A stretch of DNA of 64,000 nucleotides, from positions 64,001 to 128,000 of IMG/VR virus record IMGVR_UViG_3300021185_003351; one strand, given 5' to 3'. The position numbers and the translations under genes are program-made. The number at the start of each line of letters is the position of its first letter. Within the stretch, counting starts at the first letter, position 1. Of the stretch, positions 1 through 10,300 are shown piece by piece. The notes beneath the pieces are model-generated. The model made no database searches. It saw only the letters and a list, made by a program, of their open reading frames with translations, and was not told the DNA's origin. Origin of the DNA: a virus.

Positions 1-2
1 AA

Positions 3-1442
3 AATGTAGTTCTAGAAAAACAATTAAAAATAGGATCTGGATCTTTAATAACAATATCAGCTTCACTAGCAACAGGTGACATAATATTCCCAAGCACGGC
101 ATCAGCAGACTATTTTGTAGGTGATGGATCTCAATTAACAAATTTACCAGCAGCATCTGCAGGATCAACAGCAGGTAGAGTAGTATTCACAACTACCAAT
201 GGAGAATTAACTTCTGAAACTGGATTTACATATGATGCAACTACTGACAGATTAACAGTACCTAATTTAACTACCACAACATTTACCGCATCATTTATAA
301 CATCATCTACAATTGAAACCTCAGGTTCAAATATATTTGGAGATGAAGCTGGAGTAGATATTCAAACATTAATAGGTACTACTAAGATGACCGGTAGTGC
401 TCAAATTACGGGTAATACACAAATAACAGGATCATTATTAGTAGCAGGAGCTAATTCTGGTATTGCTCCTACCACTTCATCTCTTAAAATAGATAGTAAT
501 GGATATTTTTATCATTTAGGTAGATACGTTGGAAATGCAACAAATTTTGCAAATAACCAATCTAATACTGTTATAGGTAATAATATAACTAGTGATGGAG
601 ATTATTACAATACCATAATAGGAGAATCAGCAGGAGTAGGTAGTACAACTAATCAAACCGCAATAGGTAGAGGAGCTATAGCAAATGTTGCAAGTAGTAC
701 TGCTATTGGGTCTACATCTAAAGCTTACGGTGTTAAAAGTACAAGTATAGGAATGGGTGCTGGTAGTACAACATCAAAGGGTTTAAATATAGGCTACTAT
801 GCAAGAGGAACTGGAGCAAAAAATATTGTTTTAAATGCTTCTGAAGGAACTGTTGGACCTACTAAAGCAAATACCTTTGGTATTTACATGACTGGTACTA
901 GTCCTAACTTTGAAATTGAAGCAACAGGTTCATCAACACTATCCGGATCATCTTTCACAATAGAAAAATCAGGTTCAACAGTATTCGAAGTAATAGGATC
1001 AGAAGGTACATTATTTTCAGTAGACGATGATTTAGATGGAACTATATTTACAGCAAACGATAGAACAGGTCTTCCAGTACTAGAAGCATCAGCTTCAGGA
1101 GAAGTTTACATAGGAAAGAATCCACAATCTTTATATACTACAGCTGTTATAAGCTCCACTACCGCAGATGTAACACAATCATTGTATGGATTGGATACAA
1201 GTTCTTATGGAGGAGCCTTCTTTGATTATATAGCACATTCTGGGTCTAATGCACGGGGTGGAACAGTCTCATCTGTATGGACTCCTGGTGGATCTGTTGT
1301 GTTCTCAGAAACAACTACAACTCATATTGGAGACACATCCAATTTAAATTTAGTAGTACACTTTTCTCAAAGTCAAGCACAATTAGCTTGTTATGCAGAT
1401 ACATCTCAATACAATATTAAAGTTATAACACGAGCAATATAA
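3..1442 (+). CDS. Tail fibre-like virion protein, 5'-partial (YadA-head-like repeats, ITGS repeats)
   Basis: Frame is open from base 3 (NVVLEKQLKIGSGS...) into the listed ORF at 387, so the true start lies upstream of the window. S/T-A-I-G repeats (QTAIGRGA, STAIGSTS, STSIGMGA) and an FVGDGSQLTNL motif typical of phage fibres. Confidence 0.75.
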   Translation, partial: NVVLEKQLKIGSGSLITISASLATGDIIFPSTASADYFVGDGSQLTNLPAASAGSTAGRVVFTTTNGELTSETGFTYDATTDRLTVPNLTTTTFTASFITSSTIETSGSNIFGDEAGVDIQTLIGTTKMTGSAQITGNTQITGSLLVAGANSGIAPTTSSLKIDSNGYFYHLGRYVGNATNFANNQSNTVIGNNITSDGDYYNTIIGESAGVGSTTNQTAIGRGAIANVASSTAIGSTSKAYGVKSTSIGMGAGSTTSKGLNIGYYARGTGAKNIVLNASEGTVGPTKANTFGIYMTGTSPNFEIEATGSSTLSGSSFTIEKSGSTVFEVIGSEGTLFSVDDDLDGTIFTANDRTGLPVLEASASGEVYIGKNPQSLYTTAVISSTTADVTQSLYGLDTSSYGGAFFDYIAHSGSNARGGTVSSVWTPGGSVVFSETTTTHIGDTSNLNLVVHFSQSQAQLACYADTSQYNIKVITRAI

Positions 1443-2161
1443 TGGGAACAAGTTACTCTCCAAATATAGTAGAAGATGGATTAATATTTCAAGTAGATGC
1501 TGCAAATCAAAGATCATATCCTGGGAGTGGCACTACTGCTACTGATTTAAAAGGTCCGGCAGAAGGAACTTTATCCGCTGGAGCTAGTTTTAATTCTATA
1601 AACTTAGGAGCATTTCAATTCGATGGAATAGACGATCAATTGAATTTTGGGAATGCCGTATCAACTAATATTGCTAATGGTGAAGATTTAACTATAGATG
1701 CATGGATACGATATACTAGTGATACTGGCGGAGAATCTCAATATCCTATGATTTTTACTAGAAGAAGATCAGTTCAAAATCAATCATCTCTAACTAATTA
1801 TTATCTTTATTTACTCGACTCAACAACTTCCGGTGAGAGATCAATTAGATTCTTCACATCTTATACAGATGGAAATATTACTAGTGATCAAACTGTAAAA
1901 ATTAATACTTGGACTCATATATCAGTAACTTGTCAATCTGGACTTAATAATGGAACCTTTATGTATAAAGATACAGAACAAGTAGCTAATTTTAGAGCTG
2001 ATACTGCGGGAGCATCTAATTGTACTACAATAATAGGCGATTCTCCATATTCAAGTAACAATTTTCCAGGTCAAATAGCTAATGTAAAATTATATAATCG
2101 TGCTCTTTCGACTCAAGAAGTTAAACAAAATTACAATGCAATGAAAGCGAGGTTTAGATAA
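1442..2161 (+). CDS. LamG/concanavalin A-like lectin domain virion protein (paralogue 1)
   Basis: DGLIFQVDAANQRSYP ... FQFDGIDD ... IANVKLYNRALSTQEVKQNYNA, the LamG_3 pattern. Confidence 0.85.
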   Translation: MGTSYSPNIVEDGLIFQVDAANQRSYPGSGTTATDLKGPAEGTLSAGASFNSINLGAFQFDGIDDQLNFGNAVSTNIANGEDLTIDAWIRYTSDTGGESQYPMIFTRRRSVQNQSSLTNYYLYLLDSTTSGERSIRFFTSYTDGNITSDQTVKINTWTHISVTCQSGLNNGTFMYKDTEQVANFRADTAGASNCTTIIGDSPYSSNNFPGQIANVKLYNRALSTQEVKQNYNAMKARFR

Positions 2162-2901
2162 TGGGTATAAGAAGAGGTTCTATATCAACTCCAATCATAT
2201 CGGATGGGCTAGTATTCAATATGGATGCTGCAAATAGGGCAAGTACTATGCCTAATACCGATACTACAACAACATTTAATACTGTAGATACTTCTATATT
2301 TGGTTCTATAATAACAGATGGTACTTGGGAAGCTGGACCACCGTTGGCTTTCGATTTTGATGGTAGCGATGGACATATACAGTTTGGTGTTCTTTCTTTT
2401 ATACGAAATGTTTCTGAATTTACTATTTCATTATGGGTTCAAATAAGTAATTTAACTAGTAATTATAGATTTTTTGGAAGTAGACAATCTAGTTCTCCAT
2501 ATGATGGTCTAGGTAGTGAAACTGGTAGCGGTGGTATGGCCGGAAAATTATTTTTTTATTCAATGGGTAATAATCAAGCATTTCCGGCAGTTGGTATAAC
2601 CATGGCTAATGAGGGAATAACTGCAAATAACTGGTTTTTATTTACATGTAGATATGGAAATTCTACACAAGAAATATTTGTAAATGGAAATCCCACAACA
2701 GTAACTCAAGGAAGCACAACAACTAATGTAGCAAGTACCACCGATAATAATTCTACAAATTTTTTGATAGGCGGAGATTCGATAAATTCAGCCGGAAAAT
2801 TAAATGGTAAAATAGGAAATTTTCAAATTTACAACCGTGCCTTATCAGCAACAGAAATCCTACACAACTACAATGCTTTAAAAGGAAGATTTGGGTTATG
2901 A
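2161..2901 (+). CDS. LamG/ConA-like lectin domain virion protein (paralogue 2)
   Basis: DGLVFNMDAAN ... FDFDGSDG ... FTISLW ... IYNRALSATEILHNYNALKGRF. Confidence 0.85.
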   Translation: MGIRRGSISTPIISDGLVFNMDAANRASTMPNTDTTTTFNTVDTSIFGSIITDGTWEAGPPLAFDFDGSDGHIQFGVLSFIRNVSEFTISLWVQISNLTSNYRFFGSRQSSSPYDGLGSETGSGGMAGKLFFYSMGNNQAFPAVGITMANEGITANNWFLFTCRYGNSTQEIFVNGNPTTVTQGSTTTNVASTTDNNSTNFLIGGDSINSAGKLNGKIGNFQIYNRALSATEILHNYNALKGRFGL

Positions 2902-3626
2902 AAATAGGTAGCATAACAACAGGTATTATAGCGGATGGGCTAGTATTCAATATGGATGCGGCAAATAGAGCAAGTTATCCTAAAACTGGTACTACTGTTA
3001 CTGATACTATAGATTATGATATAAATACTAATAACACAGGGACATTTAGTAATAATAACAGTAGTACATTCTTTAGTACAGATAAGGGTGGAATATTTCT
3101 TTTTGATGGAATAGATGATTATATAACAGTTAATGGAAGTACTAATTCTGGACTAAATAGACCAGGAATAACAAACCAAATAACATTAGAAGCCTGGTGT
3201 TATACTAGAACTTTTAATAATAATTATGAAAGAATAATAGCACGAAGAATAGTAAATACTCCTTTACCTTATATGTTTGGATTTCATACTGTGTCAGGTA
3301 ATAAATATGATCTTTATTTAAGTGGTAACAGTAGTTATGGGCCTGCATCTTTAAACTCTACTACTAACGTAATATTAAATGAGTGGGTACATTTTGTAGG
3401 TACTTCTGATAATTCTACAAGAAAAATATATTTAAATGGAGTATTAGATAACTCAGATTCATATTCATCTGGGATATTTTCTACAGATATAAATCTTCAA
3501 ATAGGAGCCCAATTAAGCGGTTACAATTATAATGGAGATATAGGTGCTGTTAGAATATATGATCGCGCCTTATCAGCAAACGAAGTTTTACGCAACTACA
3601 ATGCTTTAAAAGGAAGATTCGAATAA
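2898..3626 (+). CDS. LamG/ConA-like lectin domain virion protein (paralogue 3)
   Basis: DGLVFNMDAANRASYP ... ITLEAW ... WVHFVGT ... IYDRALSANEV. Confidence 0.85.
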   Translation: MKIGSITTGIIADGLVFNMDAANRASYPKTGTTVTDTIDYDINTNNTGTFSNNNSSTFFSTDKGGIFLFDGIDDYITVNGSTNSGLNRPGITNQITLEAWCYTRTFNNNYERIIARRIVNTPLPYMFGFHTVSGNKYDLYLSGNSSYGPASLNSTTNVILNEWVHFVGTSDNSTRKIYLNGVLDNSDSYSSGIFSTDINLQIGAQLSGYNYNGDIGAVRIYDRALSANEVLRNYNALKGRFE

Positions 3627-4351
3627 TGGGATTAGCACACGGAACAAATATAGTAAAAGATGGATTAGTATTTTATATGGACGCTATGAATTTAAGAACA
3701 TGGTCTGGTCCTCCTTCATATTCAGTAAATTCATTAGTAGGAAGTGTAACGGGATCTATTTTTAATGATACCTCTGGCAGTTTTGGAAATAGAAATAGTT
3801 TTGATTTTGATGGAACTGATGATCGTATAACAACGAATATAACTGGAAATGCTCTATTAGGAAGTAACAACCCATATACTTTTTCAGCTTGGATTAAACC
3901 ATCAAACCCTGGAAGTTCATCAACCCAAGCAATTTTTGGAGGATATAGCCATTGGTCAAACTTTCATTTTTTTGGATTTTTTGTTAAAAATGGTTATGCT
4001 GGCTATTATTATTCTGGTGGCGGTGGTTTATGGGGTCCAAAGTGGGATACAGCAGCAGATACTCCTGTAACAGAAAATGTTTGGCAAAATATTACTTATA
4101 CTTGGACTGGTACTACTGACCAAACAAGAAAAATTTATATAAATAATGTTTTAAAAAAAACTCAAACTGAATCTGGTGGAGGTGGTATAGTAAGTGCGGT
4201 TTTAATGAATGTAGGATCTTTTAGATATATGTCCCAAAATAATTCACATTTTCAAGGTGATATAGGACCAATACAATTATTTAATAGAGCATTATCAACT
4301 CAAGAACTTATCCAAAACTACAACGCATTAAAAGGTAGATTTAGTTTATAA
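3626..4351 (+). CDS. LamG/ConA-like lectin domain virion protein (paralogue 4)
   Basis: DGLVFYMDA ... FDFDGTDD ... YTFSAWIK ... FNRALSTQELIQNYNALKGRF. Confidence 0.85.
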   Translation: MGLAHGTNIVKDGLVFYMDAMNLRTWSGPPSYSVNSLVGSVTGSIFNDTSGSFGNRNSFDFDGTDDRITTNITGNALLGSNNPYTFSAWIKPSNPGSSSTQAIFGGYSHWSNFHFFGFFVKNGYAGYYYSGGGGLWGPKWDTAADTPVTENVWQNITYTWTGTTDQTRKIYINNVLKKTQTESGGGGIVSAVLMNVGSFRYMSQNNSHFQGDIGPIQLFNRALSTQELIQNYNALKGRFSL

Positions 4352-4353
4352 TC

Positions 4354-4367
4354 ATATTTATATTAAA
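4354..4367 (+). promoter_or_regulatory. Putative late promoter motif ATATTTATATTAAA
   Basis: One of 13 near-identical copies placed just upstream of start codons. Confidence 0.6.
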
Positions 4368-4398
4368 GTACTTTTTGGATAGGGAAAAAAAGAACTAG

Positions 4399-7071
4399 AT
4401 GGCAAACGAATTCATAATAAAACACGGCTTTCTCTCGAAAGGCAATTCTCAAGTAACGGGATCATTAGGCATCTCCGGCTCGGTTGATATTAGTCTTCCT
4501 TCAGGTTCTGCATTTTCTATTAACGAACCAGATAATGACCAACAAGGAAGATTAGATTTTTCATTTACACAAGGTGATCCAGTATTAGAAATAGGAAGTA
4601 GATCTAATATAGCTTATTTAAATTTAAGAAAAGGCTTTACTGGAGATGCTTTTAAAATTGGTAGTGACGGAACTTTTGCAGTAGATGGAACAACTACAAT
4701 TCAATTAAATTCGTCTCAATTTAAACCAAATGCAACTAATACTATTGATTTAGGAGTATTTAATAGAAGATTTAAAGATGTATTTTTATATAATGGGGCT
4801 AAATTAGGCTGGAGTGCTAATACATCTGCAGATCTAGTTGCTTTAAAACATATTGTAGGAACTAATACTTTACAAGTAACAGGATCATCAGATATAATAT
4901 TAGATGTAAAAGGAGTAGTATCAGCTAGTAAATTCACAGCAAACTCTGGAAGTTCAGCAACTTTACCTGGATATTCATTTCATCATGCATCTGGAACTGG
5001 ATTATATTCTCAAGCAGCTGGATATCTTCAATTACAAGTTAATGGTGGCGGATCGCCAGAATTTGAATTAACTACAGGTCAAGCATTATTTAGAGTACCT
5101 ATATCATTAAACAACAATGAATTATACAATGTTAGTAGAATACGTAATCTATCAAGTATAACAGGATCTAATTCTGGAAACACTTTAAATGTATCTGCTT
5201 CATTAGATTTAGTTGGAGATTTATCTATAAGTAAAACAACTGGTACTGGTGCACCAGGCACAGGAACAACTCATTCAATAGCAGTAACTGTTTCAAATCC
5301 AGGAAGTGGTAATAAATATTATTTAGATAATGTATTAACTGATTCAATAGTAATGAATGCTGGTGATGCTTATAAATTTGATCAATCAGCTGCTAGCAAC
5401 AGTACACATCCATTTAGACTTTCAACAGGTACAGATGGATCAGGTACAGCTCCATATGAAGTAGGAGTAACATATGGTGTAGGATCACCAGGAAATGCAA
5501 ATGCATATACTCAAATATCAGTTACCACATCAACAACAGCCCCATTATATTATTATTGCACTCAACATGGTGGAATGGGAGGTTCCGGACAATTAACAGT
5601 TGATTCTGGTTCATTAAATCCAATGGCTGGATTTGCTAATATTACTGGATCTACAAATTTAACTGGATCATTAAATTTAGCAGATAATACAAAATTAAAA
5701 CTAGGAGATTCTGGTGATTTAGAAATTTATCATGACGGTAGTAATAGTTATATAGATGAAGTAGGTACAGGAGCATTATTTTATAGAGGTGGTACACAAA
5801 CATTTCAAAATGCAACTGGTACCAAAACGATGTTAACCTTAAATGCTGCATCTTCTGTAGATTTAAGATTTAACAATTTAACAAAATTATCCACAACAAA
5901 TACCGGTATTTCTGTTACAGGCGAAATTACCGCATCCGGAGCTATTAGTTCAAGTGGCATTATATCAATGGCAACTGCTTCTATTGGTGGAGGATTGTTT
6001 ACATCTGCTTCATTAGCTGCAGGAGGAGGAGGAACTACAGTAGTTGCTAATCCAGGTGGATCTCCAGGAACAGCATTATCAACAATTACAATAGGAGCAT
6101 CTGATTTTTCTGTTGGCGGAGGATCTGGATTTCCATTTGCAGGCGATGGAGTTATATCAGGATCATTATTAATATCGAGTTCTAATGCAGGTGGGGTATC
6201 TACCGCATCAATGACTTTGCAAGGTTCTGGTTCAACAATATTTGAAATACAAGGTTCTCAAGGCCAATTATTTTCAGTTACTGATGATTTAATACACGAT
6301 GTATTTAATGTTTCAGACATATCAGGAGACACATTATTAAAAGTTTCAGGGTCAGGTTTAGTCGAAGTTCCAATAGGACCAATAAGCTCTTCAGGATTAT
6401 TATTTATATCAGCATCAGAAAATGCAGGACAAAGCACATATAAAACATTGGTGCAAGATCCAGCAACCGGAAGAATTTATCATACTGGTTCTTATGGCAC
6501 TGGAGGCGGAGCTGGTGGTGGAGATACATACACCCTACAAGCAGAAGCTAAAAGTGGCACATCTGTACCTTTAAAATTAGACGCAGCTTCTGGAACAGAC
6601 TCTACTGTAAACTTAACAGAAGGCTCAAATATTACATTAACTAGAAATAGTGCAAACCAAATAACCATAGCTAGTGCAGCCGGCGGTGGAGGAGGCGAAT
6701 GGAAAGATTTAGGAACTACTATTACTTCTTCAAAAGATGTTCAAATAACAGGTTCATTAGTAGCTTCTGGATCAGTAGTTAATTTTGCATCTGCATCATC
6801 CGTTATATTACCTGCAGAAACAGTACCATTAATTAATCCTAAAGTAGAATATTTTACAATTTCAGAAATAACTGCTTCTGGAACTACAGTACCATTACCT
6901 AATTCATTAACGTTTGTATCTTCATCCGCATTTGAGTACTTGGAAATATTTATAAATGGATTAAGGTTACGTTATGATATAGATTTTGCACCAATGTCTA
7001 CTAGCACAATAAAATATTTTGTAACAATACCAAGTGGATCTGAAGTCACATATAAATCATTAAGGAGATAG
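4399..7071 (+). CDS. Mosaic tail fibre protein with an internal cupredoxin-like domain
   Basis: Gly/Ser/Thr-rich with ITGS repeats, LEIYHDGSNSYI module, and HPF...YYYCTQHGGM copper-site pattern. Confidence 0.7.
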   Translation: MANEFIIKHGFLSKGNSQVTGSLGISGSVDISLPSGSAFSINEPDNDQQGRLDFSFTQGDPVLEIGSRSNIAYLNLRKGFTGDAFKIGSDGTFAVDGTTTIQLNSSQFKPNATNTIDLGVFNRRFKDVFLYNGAKLGWSANTSADLVALKHIVGTNTLQVTGSSDIILDVKGVVSASKFTANSGSSATLPGYSFHHASGTGLYSQAAGYLQLQVNGGGSPEFELTTGQALFRVPISLNNNELYNVSRIRNLSSITGSNSGNTLNVSASLDLVGDLSISKTTGTGAPGTGTTHSIAVTVSNPGSGNKYYLDNVLTDSIVMNAGDAYKFDQSAASNSTHPFRLSTGTDGSGTAPYEVGVTYGVGSPGNANAYTQISVTTSTTAPLYYYCTQHGGMGGSGQLTVDSGSLNPMAGFANITGSTNLTGSLNLADNTKLKLGDSGDLEIYHDGSNSYIDEVGTGALFYRGGTQTFQNATGTKTMLTLNAASSVDLRFNNLTKLSTTNTGISVTGEITASGAISSSGIISMATASIGGGLFTSASLAAGGGGTTVVANPGGSPGTALSTITIGASDFSVGGGSGFPFAGDGVISGSLLISSSNAGGVSTASMTLQGSGSTIFEIQGSQGQLFSVTDDLIHDVFNVSDISGDTLLKVSGSGLVEVPIGPISSSGLLFISASENAGQSTYKTLVQDPATGRIYHTGSYGTGGGAGGGDTYTLQAEAKSGTSVPLKLDAASGTDSTVNLTEGSNITLTRNSANQITIASAAGGGGGEWKDLGTTITSSKDVQITGSLVASGSVVNFASASSVILPAETVPLINPKVEYFTISEITASGTTVPLPNSLTFVSSSAFEYLEIFINGLRLRYDIDFAPMSTSTIKYFVTIPSGSEVTYKSLRR

Positions 7072-7074
7072 GCT

Positions 7075-7359
7075 ATGAACGAACAAGAATTATTAGATAG
7101 AATTTTAACATCATATAATATGACATTTATAGTATTTTTTAAAAATACAGATTTTGTAATAGATCATGATGCAAAAACTATTACAATGCCCGAGCAAACA
7201 TATACCAAAGAAAATATGCAAATATTAGTTGATGAAATGCAATCTAATATAAATTTGTATGAATCACAATGGGAGAACGAGAATGTTCCAGAAGAATATA
7301 AATCCACATTGCAATGGGTAAAAGAACAAGTAGAAATTTTTAAAGGATGGTTAGCATAA
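7075..7359 (+). CDS. Small acidic protein, possible fibre assembly chaperone
   Basis: 94 aa ORF between two large fibre genes; function inferred from position only. Confidence 0.4.
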   Translation: MNEQELLDRILTSYNMTFIVFFKNTDFVIDHDAKTITMPEQTYTKENMQILVDEMQSNINLYESQWENENVPEEYKSTLQWVKEQVEIFKGWLA

Positions 7360-7360
7360 T

Positions 7361-10300
7361 ATGGCAACAATAATTGCAAAATTAAATCCAGTCGATTCTA
7401 CATGGAATCCGTTAGATCCTAATAATTGGATAGGAGGAGTAGTTCCTGGTCCTGATGATATAGCACGTTTTTATACTTATACTACAAATGCAACTTATGA
7501 AACAGGTTATTATTATATAAATAAAAATCGAGGATATGGTAATAATGCGGTATATGATAGAAACCAATTTCACACAGCTATTGCATTTGGAAATGGACAA
7601 GGTGAAGGATTTTATACTAGAAGTTTTTGGGAACAAGAATATAGTAGAGATTTTTTTACAAGAAATTGGTCTGGATCATTTGATCCTACAGCTTCGGTTG
7701 CAGGAGCTGGATATAATTGGACACAAGGAAGTTCATATACATATGGATCGCCTGGAACATTTAATTCAAATAATTCATCGATATATACTCATTATGGCGA
7801 TTATTACGCTCAAACCGGCTACCAATATAAAGGTAGTTATAAATCTATGAATTTATATTATGACAATATATGGAACTACAACTACGGTTCGCCAAGAACA
7901 GACACTCCAGCATATGGCCCAATGTACTATAGATTTAAATGTTATGTATTCAGAGTAGAAAATTTGACATCTACGTCATTAACTATTGATGATGTTACTA
8001 TATCTGAAACAGACACTGAAACTTATGCAACTAAAAATCGTGCATTTGGAACAACAAAAGCTGCACATGCAGCTGCAAATCCAGGATCAGAAGTACTTAC
8101 AGATAGAATAGTAGATTTATTTACAGGTTCAGCGCTACATATTGATAATGGAGGAAAATGGCAAATTTGGGGGCCGCATAATGGAAGACAACCATATTAC
8201 AATAATAGAACTTATTTAAATAGTAACGACTTTTTTACTATTGCAATGTATACTAGTAGTGATAGTTATAGTCCTAGTGTTTCAGATACAAATTTATATA
8301 CAGCAAATTATTCAACAGCATTAGCCGGCAAATATCATTTAGGATTATTTACAGCTAGTGCCGCAGGAATAAATGACTCACTTTCAAAAATAGATTTTCC
8401 TTTAACTGTTATGGGTAATGGAGAGCCTGGAGTATATGCAACAGAAGGAACTTCTAGTTTTAGATTTTCAACTAGATTTGGAAATGAAGTTACTGCTAAA
8501 ACAGCTTCATATACAAACATAAATAATCAAAACGATCAAAATGGTGGATGGAGTTATTCTCAATATACAACTTCATCACACGGAGCCTCAGCTTTCCTTG
8601 AAGGTACTTTGCCATCATATTATAGCTGGCAAGGAGTTGGTCCTGGAAATTTAGGAAGAATTAGATGGAAACATGATGGAACGTACTCATATGACAAATT
8701 TTTAATTCATCCAACTGAAGATTATGATCCTAATAAACCTGGATCAAAACCCGGGCGTAGACAAGGCCAAGGTTTACGAATAGATCCAACATTTTCAACA
8801 TGGACTACAAGTTCTAGAATAACACATCCTATTTTTTCCAAACAACCATACACTTGGCTTGAAAATGGAAATATAGCAGGAAGTGAATTAGTTGGTGGTT
8901 ATGGTTATACCAATCATATGTATAAACAAGGTCAAATACAATATTGGGAATTAACTGGAAGTCAAGAATGGAATGTTGGTCGAATTGAAATGGGGCGGTT
9001 CACTCATTTTCATGTAAAAGATAATGCTCATATTGTATTACATGATATGCAAGGAGATTCCAATGGAACAAGTACAAGTCAAGCTCCAACTATTGATTTT
9101 GAAGATCATGGATTAAAATCTACATTATATATAACTGACGAAGCTACTATAGAAATTTCTTCTAGCAGAACAGCATATTGGAATAATGATGAAGCTGGAA
9201 TATATCTTCGAAGAAACAGTACATCTCTTATAATTTCAGGAGCAGCTAATTATTCATCTTCTAAACTAACAGAAAACGTATCTGCAGGAAGTTCAACATT
9301 ATCAATAGACAATTTATCAAATACATTTGCTCCTGGTGATATAATAAGTGTCCAATCAACAGCATCATTTAAACTTACATTTCCAGCAGCTAGAGAACAT
9401 TCTTTAGATTATGTAGATCAAAACGATCCTACTACATGGTATTCTGGATCATATGAAGAGATGTACCATAAATCATCCGGGGGTAGAAATGCAACGTACA
9501 TGAACGGCACTACCTTACCACCAGCTCATAAAGATTCTGTAGTTACAGCATTTGCTAGTTTTGAAAAACCTAGCGGCATGGAATTTGATAATCCTGTACA
9601 CACAGATGAAATAACAGTGATTGCAGCAACTTCATCAAATACTGCAACAATAAGAAAATTTTTCGGAAAAGAAGGAGAAATTCACCATGACATGGGGCTA
9701 TATAATAAGCAAGAATTTGTAGATACTTTTCCTTCGGGTGGAGCTCCAATATTTACAGGAGATAAGAGAGTTGTGCTTGTCGATAGTAATCATAAAAAAT
9801 TTGTATCTGGAGATCAATTAGAAATAAGCGGATCTGTATATACTGTATTACATAATACCACATATTTATCACAATCTTTATTTAGAGATTTTTCTAGGTC
9901 TGATAATCCTTCGTTAGATGATATGTTTTATATGAGACTCGAATCATTTTCCGGATCTTCTATATGGCCTATAGATGTTAACGCAGATGGCGTTATTAAT
10001 ACCAGTACCGAAGATGAAACTCATTTTGAACGTATTCATAAAAACAAACTATTAATAACAGGATCGTATCAAGGTTCAAGAGCAATGCTTGAAAGATATG
10101 GTAATATAGGCGTTCCTATGTTAAAAAATTCTGGCTCTAATAATGGTTATCAAGCATTACAAATTGATCCAACATTGTCCTACTACTGGCAACATTCAAT
10201 GAATCTAAACTATGATAATTTGAATAATGATTCATATAATTATCGATATAGATATTATGTAAACAATAATTATACAACGTGGTATGGAAGTGCTAATTAT

